Shown here: one piece after another, positions 21,001 through 28,648 of the stretch
Numbering within the stretch: position 1 is the first letter of the stretch
How the letters are laid out: each line of letters begins with the position of its first letter
Source of the DNA: an uncultured Candidatus Poseidoniales archaeon
GTDB lineage: Archaea > Thermoplasmatota > Poseidoniia > Poseidoniales > Thalassarchaeaceae
Assembly (NCBI GenBank): GCA_964618995.1
Contig: CAZUBQ010000002.1
Location: forward strand, 25,352 to 89,351
Direction of reading: 5' to 3'
Length of the DNA stretch: 64,000 bases
Position numbers and translations under genes: made by a program
Notes under the pieces: generated by a model
Database searches by the model: none
Told to the model about the DNA's origin: nothing
The model's input: only the letters and a program-made list of their open reading frames with translations

Positions 21001-23759
21001 CTGTCCGCGTCCTCATCACGATCGGTCGGGTCCATCGGATCAAGGGTCCATTCGTTGCCGCCGTGGAAGGTGGTGCCAATCCAGCGCCGATTCTCAATCT
21101 CCCAACCATCTGGCATGCCGTCTCCGTCACTGTCCCACACGGTAGGGTCGGTCGCCCGGTCGGTGGCGCCCGAGGAGCCTGTGCCTTGCCAACCGAGCGC
21201 GTAGACCTGTTCGGCTATCTCGCCTTCGGAATCGTCACAGAGGTACTCACCAGTCTCGTAGTGACAGGTGAAATTCGTCTCGGAGAAGAACCAGCCCCAG
21301 TACTCCGCACCATCCAGCAGACCGTCACCGTCGGTGTCGGATAGACGTGGATCCGTCCCGTTGAAGCCTTCGGGAACTATCGCCAGATAGCGGAACTCAT
21401 CGAGATTGGTCCAGTTGTGGTCAGGGATATCATCCACGTAGGGATTGAGATTGATGCCATCGACGTCGAGGTCCTCGTCCCTGTCGAACGGATCGGTCGG
21501 GTCGAGACCATGCGCATTCTCCCAACCGTCAGGCATACCGTCGAGATCCGAATCGTTGTTGAACGGATTGATCAGCATGCGGTTGGAATAGCGTCCGGGG
21601 TCGAGGCCAGCGAACACAGTCTCATTGCCGTCCACGTTCATCACTGCTAGTTCAGTGACGAATCCGGGTATGCGGGTATGTCCGACGTCCACGCCGAGAG
21701 AACGTGCGTAGTCACCGTTGAGTACCCATGTGCCGAACGCGGAACCTATCAGCACCTCGTCGCCCAGAGGCAGAATGGCATGTACGTTGTTGGCACCCTC
21801 GGTGTTCCATTCATCGTTCTGCATCCGCTCGCGAGTGAAGGCGACCAGCGGGTCGGCGGCGTCCAGTAGTGAGAATTGGTGCACGCCGCCGGCGGTTCCC
21901 ACCCAGATGGTTTGGTGACTTGAGAGAGTTCCATCGGAAGCGCGTGGGCCGTCCACGACCAGTGTGCGGATGTTGGCTGAGTGCGACGCGTTGCTCGGGT
22001 CAGCGGCGCGCACGTAGAGTTCGGCCAAGGTCTCGTTGAAAATCCAGGTAATGGCGAAGTCGCCGCGCGCATCGGCGGTGTCTGCCACGAGCATCCCATT
22101 GTCAGTTCCGAGATACAGTTGCGGTGTCTGCCCATCCAAGGTCGCATGCGCCACTGCCTGTAGGGTGGCATTCTCCACCGCCAGCGCTTCGACCACCTTC
22201 TGCGCAGGAACCACCGCGCTCACCTGCCCGCTACCATCGACGCTGAACGTCCATGCGCTGCCAGCGGGTCCGCCGGCGAGCAGGTCGAGCGAGCCGCTTC
22301 CGGTGCTCAACCGGCTGAGCAGACTGACCTCTCCGAACTCAGCGGTGTTGACCGGCGCCGTAAGATCGAGCTTTCCGCTGTCGTCAAGGTTCCACACCGC
22401 TATGCTCTGGTTCAGTGCCAACACGAGGAATGATTCTCCTCCGCCATCTGTCCAATGGACCATGTCGTTGAGCTCCACCCCTGGTAGGAGTTTGTAGTGG
22501 TAGGTTGCTCCAGTGGCCGGCTCGAAAATGGTGACGCCACGCATTGAGGCCACGTAAATGAGGCCTAGTTCGGAATCGACATGCAACGCCCGAACATCAT
22601 GATGCAGGATGGCGGGAGATGTGCCTTGATCGTACATCTGGACTTCTGCGTCGACTTTACCCAACGGGGTGCTCTTCATGCCAGCGCGAACCCAGGTTCC
22701 TTGATCGATGAAGATGTAGTACTCCTCCAGATTGCTCAACGCCTCACCGAGGTAGATGGTAGCCCGCGAACCGTCTGGTAGCACCATACCGTCGCGATCG
22801 ATGTCCCAGCCGTCCTCGTCGCTGTCAAGCAGGCTGTCCGACTCGTTGCGCGGATCGAGCCCGAAGAAAACCTCCCAGCCATCGATGATACCGTCGCCGC
22901 GGTTTGACTTGGCCAACTCACGTGAGCCAGACCAGTAGAAGAAATCGGAGTCATTGCGCAATGGGTCGGTCCCCAGCCACCCGGGATATCCAGTGGGTCT
23001 TGTATCGAGGTCGGTGCAGGCGGGCATCAACTCGATGCAGCGCAGTCCGTGGAACTCGGTGGTCCAGTTCTCCCAGGCGCCGTAGTTGTACTCCTCTGCG
23101 TTGGTGTACCATTCGTGCACTTCTATGATACCATCACGGTCGACATCGAATCCGTCGCCACACCCCAGATCACCATCGATGCAGCGATCTGAGTCATTCT
23201 GACCATCGTACGAGTTCAACGGATCGAACGCGTTGCACTCCCAAGCGTCGCTCTCGTTGATGGAACCGGTCTCCATCATGCACATCCAAACCTCATAGCC
23301 GTCGGGGAGACCATCTCCGTCAGTGTCCGCCACACGCGGATCGAGGAACTCTCGTAGCCCCGATTCGCTCTCACCCGGGGGTTTGCCTGTCAGGCTTCTT
23401 CGGTTGGTGAAACAGTTGTCCAGGTCGTACGGCCAGCAATATTCTGCCAACGCGACCAAGCCATCGTTGTCGAAGTCAGACTGGTTGTCAGAACCATTCT
23501 CGAAATCGAGGCCATTGATGACGAGCGTTACATCGTCAAGAGTCAGATTAATCGCCTGGCTGAACGCCTCCTCGTGCAGGTCTGGGATGAGATCCTTATC
23601 GGTGTCCGTGATTGGTGGGCCTTCGCCCGTCGTGTCGTCTGGGTGGACCGATTCGACAGGTGAGTTGGGACGACTCTGCGACACGAAAACCATGCTGCCC
23701 AGAATGAGCAGAGTGACCAAGATGACAGTCTGCTTCCGGCGCACGAATAACACCCCCAA
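18012..23759 (-). CDS. giant secreted calcium-binding adhesin-like protein (1915 aa) with >10 thrombospondin-type-3-like D-x-D-x-DG-x-PDGWE repeats and a probable beta-propeller segment
   Basis: Signal anchor VILVTLLILGSMVFVS. Recurring DSDGDGMPDGWE, DTDGDGLPDGYE, DSDSDGIPDGWE and DTDDDGMIDGYE motifs. Trp-rich interrepeat modules. Confidence 0.8.
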   Translation of the reverse strand: MGVLFVRRKQTVILVTLLILGSMVFVSQSRPNSPVESVHPDDTTGEGPPITDTDKDLIPDLHEEAFSQAINLTLDDVTLVINGLDFENGSDNQSDFDNDGLVALAEYCWPYDLDNCFTNRRSLTGKPPGESESGLREFLDPRVADTDGDGLPDGYEVWMCMMETGSINESDAWECNAFDPLNSYDGQNDSDRCIDGDLGCGDGFDVDRDGIIEVHEWYTNAEEYNYGAWENWTTEFHGLRCIELMPACTDLDTRPTGYPGWLGTDPLRNDSDFFYWSGSRELAKSNRGDGIIDGWEVFFGLDPRNESDSLLDSDEDGWDIDRDGMVLPDGSRATIYLGEALSNLEEYYIFIDQGTWVRAGMKSTPLGKVDAEVQMYDQGTSPAILHHDVRALHVDSELGLIYVASMRGVTIFEPATGATYHYKLLPGVELNDMVHWTDGGGESFLVLALNQSIAVWNLDDSGKLDLTAPVNTAEFGEVSLLSRLSTGSGSLDLLAGGPAGSAWTFSVDGSGQVSAVVPAQKVVEALAVENATLQAVAHATLDGQTPQLYLGTDNGMLVADTADARGDFAITWIFNETLAELYVRAADPSNASHSANIRTLVVDGPRASDGTLSSHQTIWVGTAGGVHQFSLLDAADPLVAFTRERMQNDEWNTEGANNVHAILPLGDEVLIGSAFGTWVLNGDYARSLGVDVGHTRIPGFVTELAVMNVDGNETVFAGLDPGRYSNRMLINPFNNDSDLDGMPDGWENAHGLDPTDPFDRDEDLDVDGINLNPYVDDIPDHNWTNLDEFRYLAIVPEGFNGTDPRLSDTDGDGLLDGAEYWGWFFSETNFTCHYETGEYLCDDSEGEIAEQVYALGWQGTGSSGATDRATDPTVWDSDGDGMPDGWEIENRRWIGTTFHGGNEWTLDPMDPTDRDEDADSDGLTNYCEYQWELLLLDSRANGLPSHGESAEAAQNWTKIDPNNPDSDGDSLPDGWEARYACVWSMANVGINPLNGSDYLNNPDGDGYDANHDGELTEDEWFNNWMEYHIKDKQIFGNMTDDGTPLPAGFVTSLWNDSWTSGATLPFGERAGFNAISNVPGIILTDEGASDPLSADSDTDGMPDGWEVWFARWDTFDAQWMLNPMNSSDRFNDPDGDGMTNWEEYNSISANLSETDANQTSPQWFPFRSGNQIILQPWAQGVGAPSFGAFMSSDQYNLSGPTCDPNNGDSDGDGLLDGIELLFTEWNLSFLNWTLNPLVAGDGGADGDQDALTDLQELNLTYENPLNGGLAPPDAPKMWEEALVLESANFSERIEDMLEGRSGRAFIALQQHWNWEVTGIAQPFFSTLIGITDPTNNDTDDDGMIDGYEYWFTEWDLDGNRWSMNPLTITDVFADSDDDSYDCNQDGQIAPDERYSNLREYEARVYGKESMRYSFPPGFGIVDYGEDAINAYMDEQGLSWGDARAQLVQTFAAKDVTSSNRMNRINSAYSDNFNLSLIGISDPTHSDSDSDGIPDGWEFCYGTYQTVFPVDDWRWATNPVNPLDIDYDPDLDGWFDRTSGDRVATQGEWSSHVFTSGGIEDQISAGNSPLFFTNWMEYDNGTRPDLNDTDEDAITYTHISDPSDDNITLSYERDWALLDGREVFKYGTNALDNDTDWDMLPDWYEYKMGWNESNDNWSSYAQIETVWEQYTVLGSIVLRPLHDNGMGLLERPLMNWTWYTFNATDPADAMEDPDLDGDWECTNAGCTYTSYNNFQEFYGITNASLVSPTLVRSTPIPIAGTSPPINVVVSEWWELRETLLGLGQPSSYLVNYMRMYRTNSTDELYALVINDMDPDYMTIDNGNDIHLVKGDWTDEYGRVFGDQYHFPNTGIGENVWGWWRIDMDGDQIADGTNPLNWDSDGDWLNDWFEIENDMLDNVRGNGPSPLRWDDRKTNIG

Positions 23760-23978
23760 CTACGTTGGTGGTGTCTAACCACATTCTTTCCCTTATGATG
23801 CTGATGGAGCACAGTTCGGACACTGCGACTCGTCGCGGTGGAGCGAATACCACAGGTACTTCAGGTGAGAGTCCACAGGGTAACACGCGCTTCCCATGGA
23901 TTCGTTCGGAGGGTGGAGGGGTATCTGAAAACTGACGTCCTCTAATGTCAGCAAGAGGTGAATTGAAGGTGTGACTGT

Positions 23979-24806
23979 GTGCCCGAAGCGCTCGCGATGA
24001 CCCTACAACTGACCCATCTCGGAACAGGCAGCCGTGGCAACGCCACCTTGCTATGCTCTGAAGAGGCAAACATACTGCTGGACTGCGGATTCTCAGGCAA
24101 GGAGTTGGAACGTAGACTAGCCTTGCTCGAACTGAAGCCGGAAGACCTGGATGCGATCGCCGTGAGCCACCACCACAACGACCACTCCAAGGGGGCACTA
24201 ATCGCCAACCGTCGCTGGGGCATTCCTCTGCACATGAACTTCGATACCTGCGCCCGGCTTGGGCTTGACCCGGTCAACGACTGCACCCTGTTCGAAGCAT
24301 TGGGACGCGTCGAATTCGCCGACGACTTGTCGCTGCTGCCAGTACCTGTGGAACACGGAGATGCGGACAATGTCGGATTCATCGTCAGCCATCGTGGAGA
24401 GAGAGCTGCGGTGGTGACGGACCTCGGTTCATGGTCAACCGAATTGGTGCGTCACCTCGGCCAATGCACGCACATTTCGCTCGAGGCGAACTACGACCAC
24501 GGGCGCCTGTTGGGCGGCCCCTATCCTGACCGCTTGAAACAGCGTATCATGGGTCGCGGCGGACACCTGTCTAACGAGCAGGCGGCCGATCTGCTCTCTG
24601 AAGTCTGCGGCCCCGCCACGAGAAGTATCGTACTCTGTCATCTCTCAGAGCAGAACAACCAGCCACACCTCGCCGAGAGCGAGGTTCTGATGAACATAGA
24701 CAACCAGTTCGATGGGGATCTGTCCATCAGTCTGCAGTCAGGACCGGAATTCAGCCACTACCTGGGTCAGGTAGAGCCAGAACGACTCTCGAGTGCGCAT
24801 ATCTGA
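23979..24806 (+). CDS. MBL-fold metallo-hydrolase (metallo-beta-lactamase superfamily)
   Basis: AVSHHHNDHSKG (the HxHxDH zinc motif), plus downstream His and Asp ligands. ~270 aa. Confidence 0.75.
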   Translation: MPEALAMTLQLTHLGTGSRGNATLLCSEEANILLDCGFSGKELERRLALLELKPEDLDAIAVSHHHNDHSKGALIANRRWGIPLHMNFDTCARLGLDPVNDCTLFEALGRVEFADDLSLLPVPVEHGDADNVGFIVSHRGERAAVVTDLGSWSTELVRHLGQCTHISLEANYDHGRLLGGPYPDRLKQRIMGRGGHLSNEQAADLLSEVCGPATRSIVLCHLSEQNNQPHLAESEVLMNIDNQFDGDLSISLQSGPEFSHYLGQVEPERLSSAHI

Positions 24807-24858
24807 GCAGTAGGCTCAGGTGCTCTCCTCGGCGAAGTCATAAGAACGGCAGGAGAGA

Positions 24859-25902
24859 GTGGGGAACGTGCGCCAGCGGAGCGGCTCTCTCGCCCGTCGA
24901 GATGTTGGCGGTGTCAGCGAGATTCTCGGCGTGACGATGCTGCTGGCGATGGTCGTAACCGTGCTAGGAGCTGTGTTCGTGCTGCTCGCGCCATTGGTGA
25001 ACGACATCAACGACAATAGAGAGTGGGCAGCGGGCAGCGTGGCTGCCACTCAATTGAATGACAGAATCTTGGTCGTGGCTGATTCACCTGCAGGAACCGG
25101 CGTCGTGCATCACAGCGCGCAACTCGCCAATACAATCGACTGGCTTCCAAGGGCGGAAACTTGGACGATTGCTGCCGATCTGGCCGGAACTGACCGGGTG
25201 ACCGTACAACTGGACCCGGGCGAGGTAAATGTCACCAGTTTGAACCGCACCGCCAGCAACGTGACAGTTGTCACCGAGACTGCTACTTACCAATTCGACC
25301 TCGTGAACGGAACGGGAAACCTCAGCATCGGCAGCGCCATGCACGGGAAGGTCAGCGTGGAGGTGAAAGACATTCATGGGAGCACGATTCACCGCCTAGT
25401 GCGCATCTCCATCGACGGCATTCGCCTGAACAACCAGATGAGCGGGGGTGTATTCAGCGTGGATCTCGTGAATGGGGCGCGCATAGAGAAACTCCCCGGG
25501 CAGGGTATCGAAGTGCAGCAGTATCCGCGGCTGCGACATGATGTCCTCATCGACGGGACTCATCGCGTCAGTCTGGTACTGCTCAACATCGATGTCGGCG
25601 AAACCCTGACGCGGCACATGACCACTGTGAACCTCGGTTCGCTTGGAACCGAGGCGCTGTTCGAGGCTCAGTCGCGCAATCTCCTGCTGAAGTCTGAGTT
25701 CGTTACTGAAGCGACCATCGGCGCACGCTACACCCATCACTGGGCTGGAGACCACGATCTGTGGCTGGCCAGCGGACAGATAGACGACTACAATGGATTC
25801 GGCCCCCGCCAGCGCCTCTCTGGGCTCGATGGGCTGACACTGTTCCCTGCCGACGAGACGTTCACCCTTGAGGTCACGTTGCAGAAGGTGGTGGTGAGTT
25901 GA
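24859..25902 (+). CDS. protein with an archaeal type-IV-pilin/FlaF-FlaG-like N-terminal domain (class III signal-like)
   Basis: N-terminus RRDVGGVSEILGVTMLLAMVVTVLGAVFVLLA resembles the (K/R)G-VSEVIG-hydrophobic motif of archaeal pilin-like proteins. The rest is a beta-rich, Asn/Thr/Val-rich ectodomain. Confidence 0.55.
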   Translation: MGNVRQRSGSLARRDVGGVSEILGVTMLLAMVVTVLGAVFVLLAPLVNDINDNREWAAGSVAATQLNDRILVVADSPAGTGVVHHSAQLANTIDWLPRAETWTIAADLAGTDRVTVQLDPGEVNVTSLNRTASNVTVVTETATYQFDLVNGTGNLSIGSAMHGKVSVEVKDIHGSTIHRLVRISIDGIRLNNQMSGGVFSVDLVNGARIEKLPGQGIEVQQYPRLRHDVLIDGTHRVSLVLLNIDVGETLTRHMTTVNLGSLGTEALFEAQSRNLLLKSEFVTEATIGARYTHHWAGDHDLWLASGQIDDYNGFGPRQRLSGLDGLTLFPADETFTLEVTLQKVVVS

Positions 25903-28148
25903 TGCGTCGACGTATGGATGACGAAGCGGTCTCGGCAGCCATCGCGACCGTGCTGCTGTTCGCTGGTACGCTGGCCATCATTTCAGGAATGATGGTGACG
26001 ATCACTCCGATGGTCGACGAGATGCACGGCGCGGTCGAGCGCCAAGCGATGTCGAGCCAGATGACCGATCTGGCCTTGGAGACAGTGCGCCTGTCCGAGA
26101 CGGGGCTTCCGGGCGATTCCGCCACAGTCCAGTTGCGGCCACACACAGGGGAGTTGAACTGGGACCTGAAACACGGTGGGACCTGGTACTCAGCGAGCCA
26201 TGTCGAAGGCGGAACCCTTCGTCTGGATGGAGTACTGGATCTAGACGATCGAGCGCGCTTCCGCTATCCCACAAGCGAGGTTTCCTCAATCTGCTTCGAT
26301 GACCTGCGAGGAGGCCCGGGGGCCTTGTGGCAAGTGCGTCTGCCCGACATCGATGGGACGTGGGCAGCAACTCCCGTATCGACCTTGGAACTGCCTTTGG
26401 CGAGTACCAGTTTGAACATAGATAACGAGGGGGTCGAGACAGATGTCCGTCTCCCGTACGGGGTGTCATTGACTGGGAGTCTGTCCGCTGGAGGTGGTGA
26501 CACATGGTTACACGCCGATGGCCCCGTCAGAGTCCTTGCTTGGATGGGAGATGGAGGTGCTGCGCTCATCGCACCCGATCTGGCCGCACCGGCTGACGGC
26601 ACGGGACGTGGCTGGACGCTTCCCGTACCACCAGGTTCCGTCACTGCTCATCTTGTGACGGCACGACCTGCGAGCATCGAATGGACCATCGGCGAACAAT
26701 CCGGTAGTGGGGTAACTAGCGGGAGTACGGCTGCATGGAGTAACACCTGGCCTACAGGTTCAGGAGACGTACTCATGCTGCGCAGCAGCGCACCGGGACG
26801 ACTACTGCTGCAATGGGGGTCTGATGCCGCCGAATCCGGTTCGGCTGCTGGCTCGACCATGTGGCCGGATGATACAGGTTCTTTCGTCGGACGTAACTTC
26901 AGCCTACCAGCAGCGAGCGGCAGCCTGTTGCTGGAGAACTCTGCCACCCAGCCCGTCACAGCCAGCATCCACGGACTGTTTCACATGGTTCCCGCTCAGG
27001 GTCAGTTGCGTGTCGGCTGGACGAGCGGTAGCGGAGACATCACTGTGAGCGGCCCGGTGCAGTTGCACTGGCTCGCGGATGCGACCGGAGCACATGCCTG
27101 GCGTCCCGGAAGCCTCGACCTCGTGCGCGCTCTCGACACCGGTCAGACCAGCGGACTAGAGCATCGTATCGGAGTGCCAGTCAGCAACGGTGACATCGAC
27201 CTGTTGCTACAACCAGCCGCGCCTCAGACCCGAGTACGCCTGCTTACCAGCCTCTCTTCTGGGGAGGAATATGACGTACTGCTCAACCATACAGGCAGCA
27301 CACATACCGCCAGCCTTGCTGCCGGCGCATCGGGACTCGTGCGCATCGAAGTGAACAACAGCGACGCATTCCCTGACATGCCGATTCGCGTCTACGCCTC
27401 AAGTGGTACTGATGGATTAATCGAGGTACGCTCGGACGGCGAGGGTCGTTGCCTCCATCTGGGAGTCCGCGCGTCGGGTTGGATTGACGTAGATCTCCCT
27501 TGGAGCGATGTCAGTAAACTCGGAGACCGAGGGCTCAGGACAGCATGGGCTGATGGCACCCACATGCTGGGATTCGCTCTCAAGGTACGCGGCCCCCTAG
27601 GTGATTCCCCACACTCGGTTCTCGCTTCGGCATGGGGAGTTCATCTCCCACGGCTGAACTACGAGTTCAAAAGCAGCGTCAGCGGGATGGAGATCGGCTT
27701 CCGCGGTGGGTTCGTAGGTACCAACCATCCCGAATTTCACGCTGATGTAATCGTCCCGCCACCTTCGCGCGAAGGGCCGGGACCGCGTCTCGCAGTGACC
27801 ATGCAGATGACCATGCCAACGGCTGATTCAGCCCTTGGCAGCAGCGTGGTTGAACTTGAGTTCAACCTCGACAAGCGTGATCAGCTCACCTCCACCAAGG
27901 CATGGGAGATACGCAGAGGGTGGGACGGCCCCTATGGACCGGCAATCGCTGCAGACGCCTCTGAAGATCTCGCATTCTCGGATGATTGGCTCACCTTCCC
28001 TGGCCAACTCGACCTGCTCGACGACCATGTCGGTTGGGTGCAACTGGTTCCTTCAAGTTCCGAATCGATCTACCACGCTGGCGGGAAGCAGATCCTGTTC
28101 AACCTGCAACTAGCTCAGATTACATCGTCGATGGTGGTGGTCGTTTGA
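25899..28148 (+). CDS. large (749 aa) protein with a pilin-like N-terminal hydrophobic domain; candidate tip or minor-pilin-like adhesin
   Basis: N-terminus DDEAVSAAIATVLLFAGTLAIISGMMV. Its start overlaps the previous stop by 4 nt (operon-like coupling). Long Gly/Ser/Thr-rich beta region. Confidence 0.55.
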   Translation: MMRRRMDDEAVSAAIATVLLFAGTLAIISGMMVTITPMVDEMHGAVERQAMSSQMTDLALETVRLSETGLPGDSATVQLRPHTGELNWDLKHGGTWYSASHVEGGTLRLDGVLDLDDRARFRYPTSEVSSICFDDLRGGPGALWQVRLPDIDGTWAATPVSTLELPLASTSLNIDNEGVETDVRLPYGVSLTGSLSAGGGDTWLHADGPVRVLAWMGDGGAALIAPDLAAPADGTGRGWTLPVPPGSVTAHLVTARPASIEWTIGEQSGSGVTSGSTAAWSNTWPTGSGDVLMLRSSAPGRLLLQWGSDAAESGSAAGSTMWPDDTGSFVGRNFSLPAASGSLLLENSATQPVTASIHGLFHMVPAQGQLRVGWTSGSGDITVSGPVQLHWLADATGAHAWRPGSLDLVRALDTGQTSGLEHRIGVPVSNGDIDLLLQPAAPQTRVRLLTSLSSGEEYDVLLNHTGSTHTASLAAGASGLVRIEVNNSDAFPDMPIRVYASSGTDGLIEVRSDGEGRCLHLGVRASGWIDVDLPWSDVSKLGDRGLRTAWADGTHMLGFALKVRGPLGDSPHSVLASAWGVHLPRLNYEFKSSVSGMEIGFRGGFVGTNHPEFHADVIVPPPSREGPGPRLAVTMQMTMPTADSALGSSVVELEFNLDKRDQLTSTKAWEIRRGWDGPYGPAIAADASEDLAFSDDWLTFPGQLDLLDDHVGWVQLVPSSSESIYHAGGKQILFNLQLAQITSSMVVVV

Positions 28149-28633
28149 GAACAGATGATCTCGAGCAGGCGTCAATTCGCAGGGACGAGGCGGCGGCGGC
28201 GACTGAACTAGGATACGTGTTCACATTCCTTCTGGGACTGCTGTTCCTCTCGATGTTCAGCGTCTGGACCTGGGACCTCGAATCCTCGCGACAGAAGTCA
28301 TGGACGGCGGAGGCGATGGACCAGAACCTCGACGCAGTGGCTGCTGCAGTGGAACGGGCTGATTCGGCGAGTCACCTCGGGGATGACGTCACTTACGCGG
28401 AACCAGTGCCTCTGCTGCTCTCTCAGGCGACCCGGCTGGAACTCAGGATGCTCCTCGATGACGAGGGGCTGCTGCTGCAAGATGGGAGTCGAGAGTACAC
28501 TTCGCGCAGACCCATCAGCGCGGGGGCTGCGACCAATCACACTGGAGAGGTGTCCTTGAATGGAATCGATACCGTCTGGGTGGTGCTCCACGACGGAGAA
28601 GTGCGACTACAGGTTTCCCAACCGGGCATCTAG
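28145..28633 (+). CDS. small pilin-like N-terminal domain protein (start uncertain; the track's start at 27986 overlaps the previous gene by 160 nt)
   Basis: DEAAAATELGYVFTFLLGLLFLSMFSVW hydrophobic N-domain just after the previous stop. A TTG at ~28145 overlaps the TGA stop (TTGA coupling). Confidence 0.4.
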   Translation: MRTDDLEQASIRRDEAAAATELGYVFTFLLGLLFLSMFSVWTWDLESSRQKSWTAEAMDQNLDAVAAAVERADSASHLGDDVTYAEPVPLLLSQATRLELRMLLDDEGLLLQDGSREYTSRRPISAGAATNHTGEVSLNGIDTVWVVLHDGEVRLQVSQPGI

Positions 28634-28648
28634 GCTACAAGGAAGTCC

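Noticed and set aside
24859-24960. Twin-arginine (Tat) signal in the first pilin-like protein (SLARRDVGG)
   Set aside because: It lacks the S/T-RRxFLK consensus. The hydrophobic segment with GVSEILG fits the pilin/FlaF-FlaG-like pattern better.
27986-28144. Track start of the third pilin-like ORF, overlapping the previous gene by 160 nt
   Set aside because: The overlap is implausibly long. The pilin-like hydrophobic domain starts just after the previous stop, and a TTGA stop/start overlap at ~28145 is the likelier initiation site.
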